Shown here: positions 7,015 through 15,228 of the stretch, piece after piece
Layout of the letters: every line of letters begins with the position of its first letter
How positions within the stretch are numbered: position 1 is the stretch's first letter
Translations under genes and position numbers: made by a program
The notes under the pieces: model-generated
The model's input: only the letters and a program-made list of their open reading frames with translations
The model's database searches: none
Told to the model about the DNA's origin: nothing
Virus record (IMG/VR): IMGVR_UViG_3300042301_001108
Location: 1-60,005 of that record
Source of the DNA: a virus
Lineage: Duplodnaviria > Caudoviricetes
Length of the DNA: 60,005 nt
Strand: one strand, 5' to 3'

Positions 7015-8925
7015 ATGGCTAACATATTAATAGTAAGCAGCAACTTAAAAGACTGGAACAAGCTTGGCGGTGGATCAGAAAGAACTGCTACGCTTGCAGA
7101 GGCCCTTGTTGGTCATGAAGTAACTTTTTTATGTTTTTCCTGGGATGCAACGCAAGAAGTTAAAAAAATAAATAACTATATTAAGTTTATTAAGCCTGGT
7201 GCTGAGCCTACAATTATACAAAAATACAGGTCTAGGATTAGCAAAGATGCTAAAAATAATCACGACATTACAAAACATTTATATAAAAAATATCTTAGAA
7301 ACTTTAACTCTCAGGTGCATCAGCTATCAGCTAAAGCTGATCTTGTTATTCTCGATCACTTTTCTGCTGTACCATTTATTGAAGACATCATTGGAACTGT
7401 TCCAATCATCTATAACTCTCATAACGCAGAAATTATAATGGCTAATCAATTACACCCAGACGATGTTTTTGTTAATGACATAATAGAAAAAATGGAAAAG
7501 CTTGCTATCAATGGATCAAATGCAATGACATATTGCTCACAAAAAGATTTTGAAGAAATGAAAAACCATTACGGCTTTGTTTCAAAAGATAGCACATACA
7601 TTCCAAATGGAACAGAGCTTAGAGAAAGAGTTAGCTCAAAAAAGAGGATCCAGTCTAAAGATATTATATTTGTTGGTAGTGCCCATCCTCCAAATGTTTT
7701 AGCTGCAAAGAAAATAGTTGATGTTGCAAAAGCTATGCCAAGATATAATTTTTTAATTGTTGGTAGTGCTGGAAATAGTTTAGATAAAAAAAGTTTGCCA
7801 GAAAACATGACCATACTTGGCGTTGTGAATGATGAAGCCTTGGACTCTTTGTTTAAAAGCTCGTTTGCTTTTATTAATCCAATGGAATCTGGATCTGGAA
7901 CTCATTTAAAAATGATGAAAGCTTTAAGTTATGGAATTCCAATAATAACATCAAGAACTGGTGCAAGAGGATTTTCAAATGAAGAGATTAAAAGGTCTAT
8001 GATTGTTGCTGAAAAAACCAATGATTTTGTTGAAGCAATTGTGTCGCTGTCAGACTTAAAACTTTATGATGATTTATGTATAAATGGATTTAATGATGCA
8101 AAATCTTATAATTGGGAAGACATTAAAACAAAGTATCTTCTGTTTGTTGAATCAGTTATAGAAAAAAATAAGGTAGAAAAAGTAAAGATTAGTCCTTCAA
8201 AAAAACAAAAAGTTTTGTTATATTCAATAGTTAGAAATATTGAATCAAAGTTTGATCAATATGCCTATCAAATTAAAAAGATTGTTAAAACCTTCCCAGA
8301 ATATGAATTTTATTTATCTATTTATGAAAATGATTCTAACGACAAAACCAAAACAATGCTACATAGCACTGACTGGTCATTCCTTAATGGTGTTTCTATA
8401 GTAACAGAAAACATCAATACAGAGTTTTATGGCTCTGTAAAGGATCCTGTGCGTGTTGAGAACCTATCTGTGGCAAGAAACAAAGCCATAGAGTCTGGTG
8501 GATTTTTAAATAAAGTGGACTATGTTTTAATGGTAGAAGGAGACTTAAAGTTTTCTATGGTATCTGTTAAAGAATTATTAAACTTTAAAGATGTTGAACC
8601 TAACTTTGACGTGGTATCTGCAGTATCTATAAGAAAAAATGGAACCCATTATGATTGGTGGGCTACTAGAACTACCCCAGTGTATAAGCCAAACGCTTCT
8701 GAGCTAGATGTAGACTTTGCTAGAAAGCATTATGGTGAGTACTATTCAACTTCTAATGGCTTAGTCCTGTACCGTGCAAAACCATTCCAAGAAGGTATAC
8801 GTCATGGTTGGATAAATACCGTGACTAGAGAGTTTGACTGTGAAATGGTAGTTCTTTGCCAAAACTTTAGGGCAAAAGGATACAAAAATATTTATATAAA
8901 CTACAAAGCTCAAACATTTGTTTAA
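7015..8925 (+). CDS. two-domain glycosyltransferase: GT4 (GT-B) plus C-terminal GT-A domain (CAP59/GT69-like)
   Basis: GGGSER...HNAE...IPNG...FVGS...KMMKALSYGIPIITS; then IYENDSNDKT...LSVARNKA...VEGD. Confidence 0.85.
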   Translation: MANILIVSSNLKDWNKLGGGSERTATLAEALVGHEVTFLCFSWDATQEVKKINNYIKFIKPGAEPTIIQKYRSRISKDAKNNHDITKHLYKKYLRNFNSQVHQLSAKADLVILDHFSAVPFIEDIIGTVPIIYNSHNAEIIMANQLHPDDVFVNDIIEKMEKLAINGSNAMTYCSQKDFEEMKNHYGFVSKDSTYIPNGTELRERVSSKKRIQSKDIIFVGSAHPPNVLAAKKIVDVAKAMPRYNFLIVGSAGNSLDKKSLPENMTILGVVNDEALDSLFKSSFAFINPMESGSGTHLKMMKALSYGIPIITSRTGARGFSNEEIKRSMIVAEKTNDFVEAIVSLSDLKLYDDLCINGFNDAKSYNWEDIKTKYLLFVESVIEKNKVEKVKISPSKKQKVLLYSIVRNIESKFDQYAYQIKKIVKTFPEYEFYLSIYENDSNDKTKTMLHSTDWSFLNGVSIVTENINTEFYGSVKDPVRVENLSVARNKAIESGGFLNKVDYVLMVEGDLKFSMVSVKELLNFKDVEPNFDVVSAVSIRKNGTHYDWWATRTTPVYKPNASELDVDFARKHYGEYYSTSNGLVLYRAKPFQEGIRHGWINTVTREFDCEMVVLCQNFRAKGYKNIYINYKAQTFV

Positions 8926-8926
8926 A

Positions 8927-8965
8927 AGAAAAACCAGGGCCGTAGCCCTGGTCATCTTGTTTATT
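8927..8965. terminator. bidirectional intrinsic terminator
   Basis: ACCAGGGC-CGTA-GCCCTGGT hairpin with A/T tracts between convergent genes. Confidence 0.75.
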
Positions 8966-8972
8966 TTATAAA

Positions 8973-9311
8973 CTACTTCTTTGCAGTTGGCTTCTTTGAT
9001 ACAGCTTTCTTTGCTGTCGCAGGAGCCTTCTTAGGAGATTTTTTAGCAGCCTCTGATAGTTTCTTAGAAACTTCTTTAGCAGCTACTTCAGCAACAAGTC
9101 CAAAAGATGGATCCTGTTTATTGATATACCTCAAAAGTGTAGGCACTGCGGCTGCCCATAGTCCATTAGCTACAGTTAGCCACTCAGATGTTCCAAAGTC
9201 AAGGGGTGATGAAAGTCCCGCACTTGCCATTGTTGTTGTTACTAAGGCTAGCACTACACCAAGCAGGTTGCGTAGGTATGAGTCTAGCATTGTTTTCATT
9301 TCTTTATTCAT
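8973..9311 (-). CDS. holin-like membrane protein with Lys/Ala-rich tail
   Basis: SYLR...two hydrophobic helices...LRYINKQDPSFG, then AAKKSPKKAPATAKK. Confidence 0.6.
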   Translation of the reverse strand: MNKEMKTMLDSYLRNLLGVVLALVTTTMASAGLSSPLDFGTSEWLTVANGLWAAAVPTLLRYINKQDPSFGLVAEVAAKEVSKKLSEAAKKSPKKAPATAKKAVSKKPTAKK

Positions 9312-9313
9312 TT

Positions 9314-9682
9314 TTATTTCTCCTTATTATTTTCTGGCATTATAGTTTTAAGTTCCTCATAAGCTTCGCTAAGTTCTTTAACGAGTATTGTGTGTGGACC
9401 CTGGACTGCCGTGCCATATGTGTTGTAATAGTCGAGTTGCGGCTCAACTCTTTTTGCAAAATTGATTAGCTTATCTTGAACATCTTCAATGTATTCATAT
9501 GCAGTATTTCTAGATTCATTAAGAAACCTTACATATGACTCATTGGCGATCTCTTCACGATTAGCCAATCTTTTTTCCAATACTAGGTTTTTCTTTTTAC
9601 TAAGTATTAATAAAATTATAGATACAAGAATTGTAAAAGATAAAAACAATATGCTACCAATGTACAAGTACTGATCCATCAT
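9314..9682 (-). CDS. membrane-anchored hypothetical protein
   Basis: N-terminal TM, coupled ORF. Confidence 0.7.
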   Translation of the reverse strand: MMDQYLYIGSILFLSFTILVSIILLILSKKKNLVLEKRLANREEIANESYVRFLNESRNTAYEYIEDVQDKLINFAKRVEPQLDYYNTYGTAVQGPHTILVKELSEAYEELKTIMPENNKEK

Positions 9683-9924
9683 TCTTTTCCTCCCAGTGCT
9701 TTTCTAACTACAAGAACTACAGCACCATTATCTTCAAGAGCACCCTTTACCCTAAAAACATACTCAATTGCTCTACGTTTATCTTCTTCTGGTAGGTTTG
9801 CAAAGTTTTTTTCGTCAAGCCTAATTGAAATAAAGTGCTCGTTGTCTACTAGCTCAACACCAACAAAACCCTTGGGTGGTGTTATTGAATGAAAAGCACG
9901 TTTCATTGCGTCTGTATATGCCAT
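9679..9924 (-). CDS. hypothetical protein
   Basis: 81 aa, overlapping start/stop coupling on both sides. Confidence 0.75.
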   Translation of the reverse strand: MAYTDAMKRAFHSITPPKGFVGVELVDNEHFISIRLDEKNFANLPEEDKRRAIEYVFRVKGALEDNGAVVLVVRKALGGKE

Positions 9925-10208
9925 TACTGCTCCACTGTTAATGCTTGCCAGGTATTACCCCAGTCTTGCTTTGTTTTGTGTCTATTAAATTCTCTTGAGA
10001 TGTCACCCTGTTCAATATAAATACCTCCCCATACTCCAGTTTCTTTACCAGAAACTCCAGATGCGAAACATATTTTTCTCACAGGACACTCCCTACAAAT
10101 CTTATCTACTAAAAATCTTGACTCAACGTCTTCTTCATATGTGTCAAAGAAATCATTTGTATCTTCTCCAAGGCATGCAGCTTTGTTTTTCCAACTATCA
10201 TTTTGCAT
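9924..10208 (-). CDS. whiB: WhiB-family Fe-S transcription factor
   Basis: WxxxAAC...FF...ICxxCPVRxxC...GVWGG: four Cys plus the G[VI]WGG turn. Confidence 0.93.
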   Translation of the reverse strand: MQNDSWKNKAACLGEDTNDFFDTYEEDVESRFLVDKICRECPVRKICFASGVSGKETGVWGGIYIEQGDISREFNRHKTKQDWGNTWQALTVEQ

Positions 10209-10211
10209 GTC

Positions 10212-10424
10212 TTACTCCGCATATTTACTAGGTATTCTCCATCCATCTTGGTCTACGATGAAAATGTTTTTGATATACCAAACTCCATTAATCCTGGCAG
10301 CGTTTGGTTTAAACATTGCACCTGGATTCTTAATGAGTTCTACTACATTCCATCCATCCCATGACAAGGATTTATTTCTAGAAACGATCTTTTCCATCTT
10401 TCCTAGTGACTTAACTTGTTTCAT
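10212..10424 (-). CDS. hypothetical protein
   Basis: Likely start MKQVKS after SD GAGGT. Confidence 0.65.
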   Translation of the reverse strand: MKQVKSLGKMEKIVSRNKSLSWDGWNVVELIKNPGAMFKPNAARINGVWYIKNIFIVDQDGWRIPSKYAE

Positions 10425-10459
10425 TTTTACCTCTTTATATTGAGTATTTATATTTGACA

Positions 10460-10810
10460 TCAGAATTTAAACAACCCTACTTCAACACCAGACAGTTCTG
10501 CCTGAGCTACTAACTTTGAGTTATACTCTCCTGGCTTACTTAGAAAGACAAGGTAGTCAAAAGTCGCAACATTTTCTTCTGCCCAAGTAAGAGGAACTTT
10601 TTGATAACGAATTTTAATTCCTCTGGCTTTTAAACTACGTTCAGTGATATTACAAAATTCAGTAACATATCCGTTAACCCGCCTTGGGCCTACGCTATAA
10701 ACTAAAATTTCTTTATCATCTTTTGATAGCATGGACATGCCAACAGCAATAGATCTCATGAAAACGTTATAGTCATCAAAGCTCTTGGTCCCCTGTACTG
10801 CAATTTTCAA
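10460..10810 (-). CDS. SLOG/YspA-like nucleotide-binding fold protein
   Basis: MKIAVQGTKSFDDYNVF N-terminus and ...FDYLVFLS... pattern. Confidence 0.55.
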   Translation of the reverse strand: MKIAVQGTKSFDDYNVFMRSIAVGMSMLSKDDKEILVYSVGPRRVNGYVTEFCNITERSLKARGIKIRYQKVPLTWAEENVATFDYLVFLSKPGEYNSKLVAQAELSGVEVGLFKF

Positions 10811-10814
10811 TCTT

Positions 10815-11213
10815 CTAGCCGTTCTTTAAGCTGTTATAAATAAATAACATTTTTACTAATTGTTTTTCAGATAGATTTTTCATCTCAGAAAGTTGTCCTT
10901 CGTTTGGATTAAATCTTCCATCATCTTTAATGTCTGCATAATAAATCTTGTTTCTGTCTATCCAGTATGCCTTGTTATCTGGCATCTCAATAAACTTAAA
11001 ACTTCTATTTCTATCGTAGCTTTGTGCCTGTGTTTCCCTATTTAAAAAAGCATCCATCATATCTGGCATAAATTGCTTTAATTCCCAAAAGATAATACTT
11101 TGTCTTATAGGCTCAGTTTTTGTACGACGAAGCTTACTATACTTTATAATTATAGCAACTATAGATAGTGTTGTCAATACCCCTGCAAAAAATATTATAA
11201 AATAATTTAACAT
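10815..11213 (-). CDS. membrane-anchored hypothetical protein
   Basis: N-terminal TM. Confidence 0.7.
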   Translation of the reverse strand: MLNYFIIFFAGVLTTLSIVAIIIKYSKLRRTKTEPIRQSIIFWELKQFMPDMMDAFLNRETQAQSYDRNRSFKFIEMPDNKAYWIDRNKIYYADIKDDGRFNPNEGQLSEMKNLSEKQLVKMLFIYNSLKNG

Positions 11214-11224
11214 TATTTTCCTAA

Positions 11225-12331
11225 CTAATCTTTAAAAATGTGAGTTAATTTATCTACGTTTGTATAGTCTGTACCAAATTCGGAAAACAAGGCTTTATCC
11301 ATTTCACGCTTTACGATTGCACGTGACCATGAGAAGCCCGCATCTCCACCCCATGCATCCCACATGATACGACCATTAGATGGAAACTCTGGTCCTGAGA
11401 AAAAACCCTTGCCCTTTTTGTCAACTTCATGACGTGAGAAGAAAGAATACATACGCTTAACTACACTCAAGGACATTGATCGTCCTGCTACGATGTCTGT
11501 AGCTCTACCCCATCCTACAGGAGTTCCTGCACCAGTAGCTTTGCCATCTTCTTTCCATTTAAGAGCACGACGTGCAGCAGCCTTCATTCCAGATGTTGGT
11601 GCGTATCCTTCAGCTTTAGACATCATATCTATTTCGTCCATGTCATGATCTTCCATATCAACAACAGTTGCATCTACATACATCATTCCAATGCTGTAAG
11701 CGGTTGGCTCCCAATACTCTTCATCGTCTTCGTATTCATAAATTCTTACAGACATTGCTGGATTTTCTGGTGGCATAGATTCAAGAGCGTATTCAGATCC
11801 TGGTGTTCCAAGAGTTCCGCCCTCCCACATAATGTGCTCAACAACACCATGAACAATGCCTTCAGATGTTTGCCCCATTACAAAGTCACCCTCAGTAATC
11901 GCTGACTTCGTTGTCATTGAACTACTCCCTGCAATTACAGCACCTGTAGAGTCAGAAACATATCCTGGCTTGCGACGCTTTGGTTTAAACTTACGATATG
12001 TTTCTTCATCCATAGACTTTGAGACTGGCACACAGTTTGGAACCATCTTGCCATCTTTTTCTTTCATTCCACGCTGAACGTAGCCTTCCCAGCAAGGTGA
12101 TTGTTTGGTGATAGGGTCTTCTGGGCAGCACTCTGACTTGTCAACAGGCCAGTCTTCTGGATTTTTAATACCAATACCAGCCTCAATGTTTCCCTCAGAT
12201 TGGTTAATTGCATAAATTTGATTAGCAGCAGCTTCTGCTGTGTCGTGGCAACCCATTACGGTACCGTCATCTTTTACTGCAGGATATCCTGAGCAATCGT
12301 ATGATCCTTTTTCTCCAACATGGTATGGCAT
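11225..12331 (-). CDS. multi-module protein, probably virion-internal
   Basis: Short modules (MPY...GCH, PCWEGY...PNCVP, Tudor/SH3-like, RMYSFFSRH...WGG) separated by K-S/K-A linkers; leaderless promoter. Confidence 0.6.
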   Translation of the reverse strand: MPYHVGEKGSYDCSGYPAVKDDGTVMGCHDTAEAAANQIYAINQSEGNIEAGIGIKNPEDWPVDKSECCPEDPITKQSPCWEGYVQRGMKEKDGKMVPNCVPVSKSMDEETYRKFKPKRRKPGYVSDSTGAVIAGSSSMTTKSAITEGDFVMGQTSEGIVHGVVEHIMWEGGTLGTPGSEYALESMPPENPAMSVRIYEYEDDEEYWEPTAYSIGMMYVDATVVDMEDHDMDEIDMMSKAEGYAPTSGMKAAARRALKWKEDGKATGAGTPVGWGRATDIVAGRSMSLSVVKRMYSFFSRHEVDKKGKGFFSGPEFPSNGRIMWDAWGGDAGFSWSRAIVKREMDKALFSEFGTDYTNVDKLTHIFKD

Positions 12332-12343
12332 AGTTATATTATA

Positions 12344-12667
12344 TCACTTCTCAAACAATCTTTTTATTTCTCTAAGAGATTGCTGTCTTTCTGGTGGTAG
12401 CTCGGATATGGCGTCTTCATCATGAGCTAAATCAGTTAGTAAAACAATTGGGTTAACATCATCCATACCCTCAGCCTCTAAGAAACCCTTTTCCCAAAAA
12501 TACATGACTTGCTCATATATAAAATCAAGACGTTCGTTCCACAAGTCTGGCATTAGCTCTCTAAGTTTTGGTGTAAAGTTGTATAGAAACTCTCCAGAAT
12601 CAGAATCAATTCCAGCTACTTCTACTACACCATTAAGGATTAATTCTTCCATTGATGGCTCTATCAT
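12344..12667 (-). CDS. hypothetical protein
   Basis: 107 aa acidic ORF in operon. Confidence 0.75.
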   Translation of the reverse strand: MIEPSMEELILNGVVEVAGIDSDSGEFLYNFTPKLRELMPDLWNERLDFIYEQVMYFWEKGFLEAEGMDDVNPIVLLTDLAHDEDAISELPPERQQSLREIKRLFEK

Positions 12668-12673
12668 TAGATA

Positions 12674-12913
12674 CTAGCTATCTCCTTTTAGTCTGTTCTC
12701 AATGAGCTTTTCACGCTCGTCAACGACCTCTATGGCAAACTTCATCATCTTGTCATACCCCACAGCATTTGCCATAATCTCTTCGTAGTGATGTGCACAA
12801 AACAATAAGTCTCCATCTAGTCCCTTAGCCCAGACATAAGCCTGTGCATTGCAGCCAGAGTCGCAACGATCGTTAGCGTTTAGAAGCCATTCTTTTTCTT
12901 TAGTTTCTACCAC
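12674..12913 (-). CDS. small Zn-binding protein of a type common in Actinobacteria
   Basis: DRCDSGCNAQA...LLFCAHH. Confidence 0.7.
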   Translation of the reverse strand: MVETKEKEWLLNANDRCDSGCNAQAYVWAKGLDGDLLFCAHHYEEIMANAVGYDKMMKFAIEVVDEREKLIENRLKGDS

Positions 12914-13089
12914 TACTTATCCGTTCTATAGAATCCACTACCGTTAAAAGTAACGGCACCTAACGAGTATACACGAGTGAGGCTCAAATTGCAAGTCTTG
13001 CATTCATATCCAGGATCTTCATCATTGATACTGCGAACAAATGTATCTCTAACTTTACAATTTGAACACTCATACTCGTATATAGGCAT
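12913..13089 (-). CDS. FmdB-family zinc-ribbon protein, 58 aa (not in ORF track)
   Basis: MPIYEYECSNC...CKTC...FNGSGFYRTDK. Confidence 0.85.
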   Translation of the reverse strand: MPIYEYECSNCKVRDTFVRSINDEDPGYECKTCNLSLTRVYSLGAVTFNGSGFYRTDK

Positions 13090-13091
13090 TT

Positions 13092-13838
13092 TTACAATCT
13101 ACCCCAAGTGATAGGACCAACAATTCCATCTACCTTTATTCCTTGTGCTGCTTGGAATGCCCTAACAGCCCTATCGGTAATTGGACCAAACTGACCGTCT
13201 GACTTAATTCCAAGAACTGTCTGAAGGTATCTAACATTTGCACCAGTTGATCCTCTTCTTAAAGAGCTAGTTAATCTTGGTTTTGTTGGAGCTGCTACTG
13301 TTGCTGCTGCTGGGGCAGGTGCAACACCTGAAGCTCTTTTGTTGCACTGATCCACTATGTAGTCAAGTTGAGACATTATAAAAGGTCCAGGACAAGCAGT
13401 TGCTTTGTACTGTGAGTGCCAAGCAATAAAGAACTCTGACTGTCTAACTGATGGTTCATTCTTGGCAAACCCTTTTCCAGCCCTAGGTGATTGACTGGCG
13501 TGATAAACAATCACGTCAATGAGTGCTTCTAGTGCAGCAGGTGAAACTGGCCAGTCCCCACCAGTAGATGAGTTGTCAATCTCAAATGTTACAGCGTTAG
13601 GGTCAGGGGTTCCACCTGTTGAGTATGGTCTGCGATCTGGATGAACAATTCCAGTCACAGCTCCACTGTTTGCGATGTGATAGGTTGGATGAGAGTTACG
13701 AGTGTTTGCGTTCGCAACATACCCCAATCCATTGGTTCCTGCAACGTGGTGAATCACTACACCATTTATTGGCTGTCCATTACGACTGCCTCCAAAACCG
13801 TTGTCTTGAATGCCTGATACTTTTGGATACCATGTCAT
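13092..13838 (-). CDS. endolysin: N-acetylmuramoyl-L-alanine amidase plus peptidoglycan-binding domain
   Basis: VVIHH...TFE...WH...TACPG; C-terminal DGxFGPxT...FQ...DGIVGPITW. Confidence 0.92.
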   Translation of the reverse strand: MTWYPKVSGIQDNGFGGSRNGQPINGVVIHHVAGTNGLGYVANANTRNSHPTYHIANSGAVTGIVHPDRRPYSTGGTPDPNAVTFEIDNSSTGGDWPVSPAALEALIDVIVYHASQSPRAGKGFAKNEPSVRQSEFFIAWHSQYKATACPGPFIMSQLDYIVDQCNKRASGVAPAPAAATVAAPTKPRLTSSLRRGSTGANVRYLQTVLGIKSDGQFGPITDRAVRAFQAAQGIKVDGIVGPITWGRL

Positions 13839-13904
13839 TTTATTCTCCTTATTTTATTATAGAGTTTGCTTTATTTTACTAAAGCCAACAGGTACCGTTC
13901 TCGG

Positions 13905-14582
13905 TTAGTTTAGTTTAGACCAAGTTAAAGGACCGACAATGCCGTCAGCCTTTAGTCCCTTGGAAGCCTGGAAAGTAACCACAGCAGCGTGAGTCTTTGG
14001 ACCAAATGGGCCAGGAGGATTTACGCCTAGTTTGTTTTGTAAGTAAAGAACATCTGCTCCTGCTGGGGCTCCCTGCTTTAGTTCTTTTCCAGGATAAGGT
14101 CTTGCTCCAGTAGCAGATGCGGCTGGTGCTTTTGCTGGTGCTGCAGGTGCAGCACTTGTAGGTGCTCCACGGAAAACTTCGTAGTCAATATTTCCAGCAC
14201 CCATGGTTGGCTTACCGCCAACTCGGAAAGAAAAGTGAAGGTGTGCTCCATATCCGTTTTCTTTTCCAAGACCTGAGCCACCAGCTAGTCCAATAACCTG
14301 TCCCTGCTTTACTGCCTGTCCTGGCTGTACATCAATACGTGAAAGGTGCAAGTAGTCTGCAGTGTGACCTGATGGGAAGCTTAGGAATATCATTCGACCT
14401 CCAGAACCAGTAAAGGTGGCAACAGTGCCTGTCACAGTTCCGTCAGCAACCGCTTTTACTGGTGTTCCAGTAGCTACAGCGTAGTCTACGCCAGGATTTA
14501 GAGAGGGCTTTGCCCTATTCTTGTGTCCGTCGAAGCTATCTGAAATTGATCCGCCATCTACTGGCCTAATCCATGTTGACAT
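13905..14582 (-). CDS. endolysin: M23 peptidase plus peptidoglycan-binding domain
   Basis: NPGVD (Asn at the usual His of HxxxD), YLHLS, GAHLHF; DGIVGPLTW. Confidence 0.9.
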   Translation of the reverse strand: MSTWIRPVDGGSISDSFDGHKNRAKPSLNPGVDYAVATGTPVKAVADGTVTGTVATFTGSGGRMIFLSFPSGHTADYLHLSRIDVQPGQAVKQGQVIGLAGGSGLGKENGYGAHLHFSFRVGGKPTMGAGNIDYEVFRGAPTSAAPAAPAKAPAASATGARPYPGKELKQGAPAGADVLYLQNKLGVNPPGPFGPKTHAAVVTFQASKGLKADGIVGPLTWSKLN

Positions 14583-14642
14583 ATTAAATCTCCTTATAAA
14601 ATTTTGCTTTTCAGCATCATTCTATTATACCATGTTTTAAAA

Positions 14643-14670
14643 TGAGCCTTTTGTCAACATGCTCAGGTTG
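14643..14670 (-). ncRNA. candidate H-type pseudoknot motif, copy 1
   Basis: CAAC-CTGAGCAT-GTTG-ACAAAAG-GCTCA; see findings. Confidence 0.45.
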
Positions 14671-14680
14671 TTTGATTAGT

Positions 14681-15076
14681 TTACTTGATCTTAATAGTTT
14701 TAGGCTTCTTCTCTTCTGGAATATTCCTAACTAGATCAATGTACAGAATGCCATTGTCAACTGTTGCTCCATCTACCTCAAAATATTCAGGCAGTGTAAA
14801 GGAACGAGTAAACTTACGAGCAGCAATACCTTTATGTAGGTAATCCTTTTCGTCAGTCTCTTCTTTAGTTGATTTAATGGATAGAACGTTTTTTTCAGTA
14901 GTAACACTGATTTCGTCCTTCTTGAATCCAGCTACCGCAAATTCCATAACTAGATGATCATCATCTACCTTGACTACATTATATGGTGGATAGCTTGGCT
15001 TTGTTGCACTTAGGGTATTTAAACCCATATTAAAAAACGGATCCTTTAGGAACTCCGTAGTAAATGTTGTTACCAT
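14681..15076 (-). CDS. small heat-shock protein Hsp20 (IbpA-like)
   Basis: YPPYN...AVAGF...YLHKGIAARKFTRSF...NGIL. Confidence 0.95.
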   Translation of the reverse strand: MVTTFTTEFLKDPFFNMGLNTLSATKPSYPPYNVVKVDDDHLVMEFAVAGFKKDEISVTTEKNVLSIKSTKEETDEKDYLHKGIAARKFTRSFTLPEYFEVDGATVDNGILYIDLVRNIPEEKKPKTIKIK

Positions 15077-15151
15077 TTTATTTCTCCTTTTCAGCGAGTT
15101 GTTTTTCCTCCCATTTACTGGGCAGGAGTATAAATTATATCATATTATTTG

Positions 15152-15224
15152 AGCCTCCAACAGGACTTGAACCCGTCACCTACGCATTACAAGTGCGTCG
15201 CTCTACCAGATGAGCTATAGAGGC
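15152..15224 (-). tRNA. tRNA-Thr(TGT)
   Basis: Cloverleaf GCCTCTA/TGGAGGC, ACGCA-CTTGTAA-TGCGT. Confidence 0.95.
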
Positions 15225-15228
15225 GTTA

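Noticed and set aside
14652-14657. TTGACA as the -35 of the M23 promoter
   Set aside because: It is 22 nt from the TATAAT, too far; better explained as part of the RNA motif
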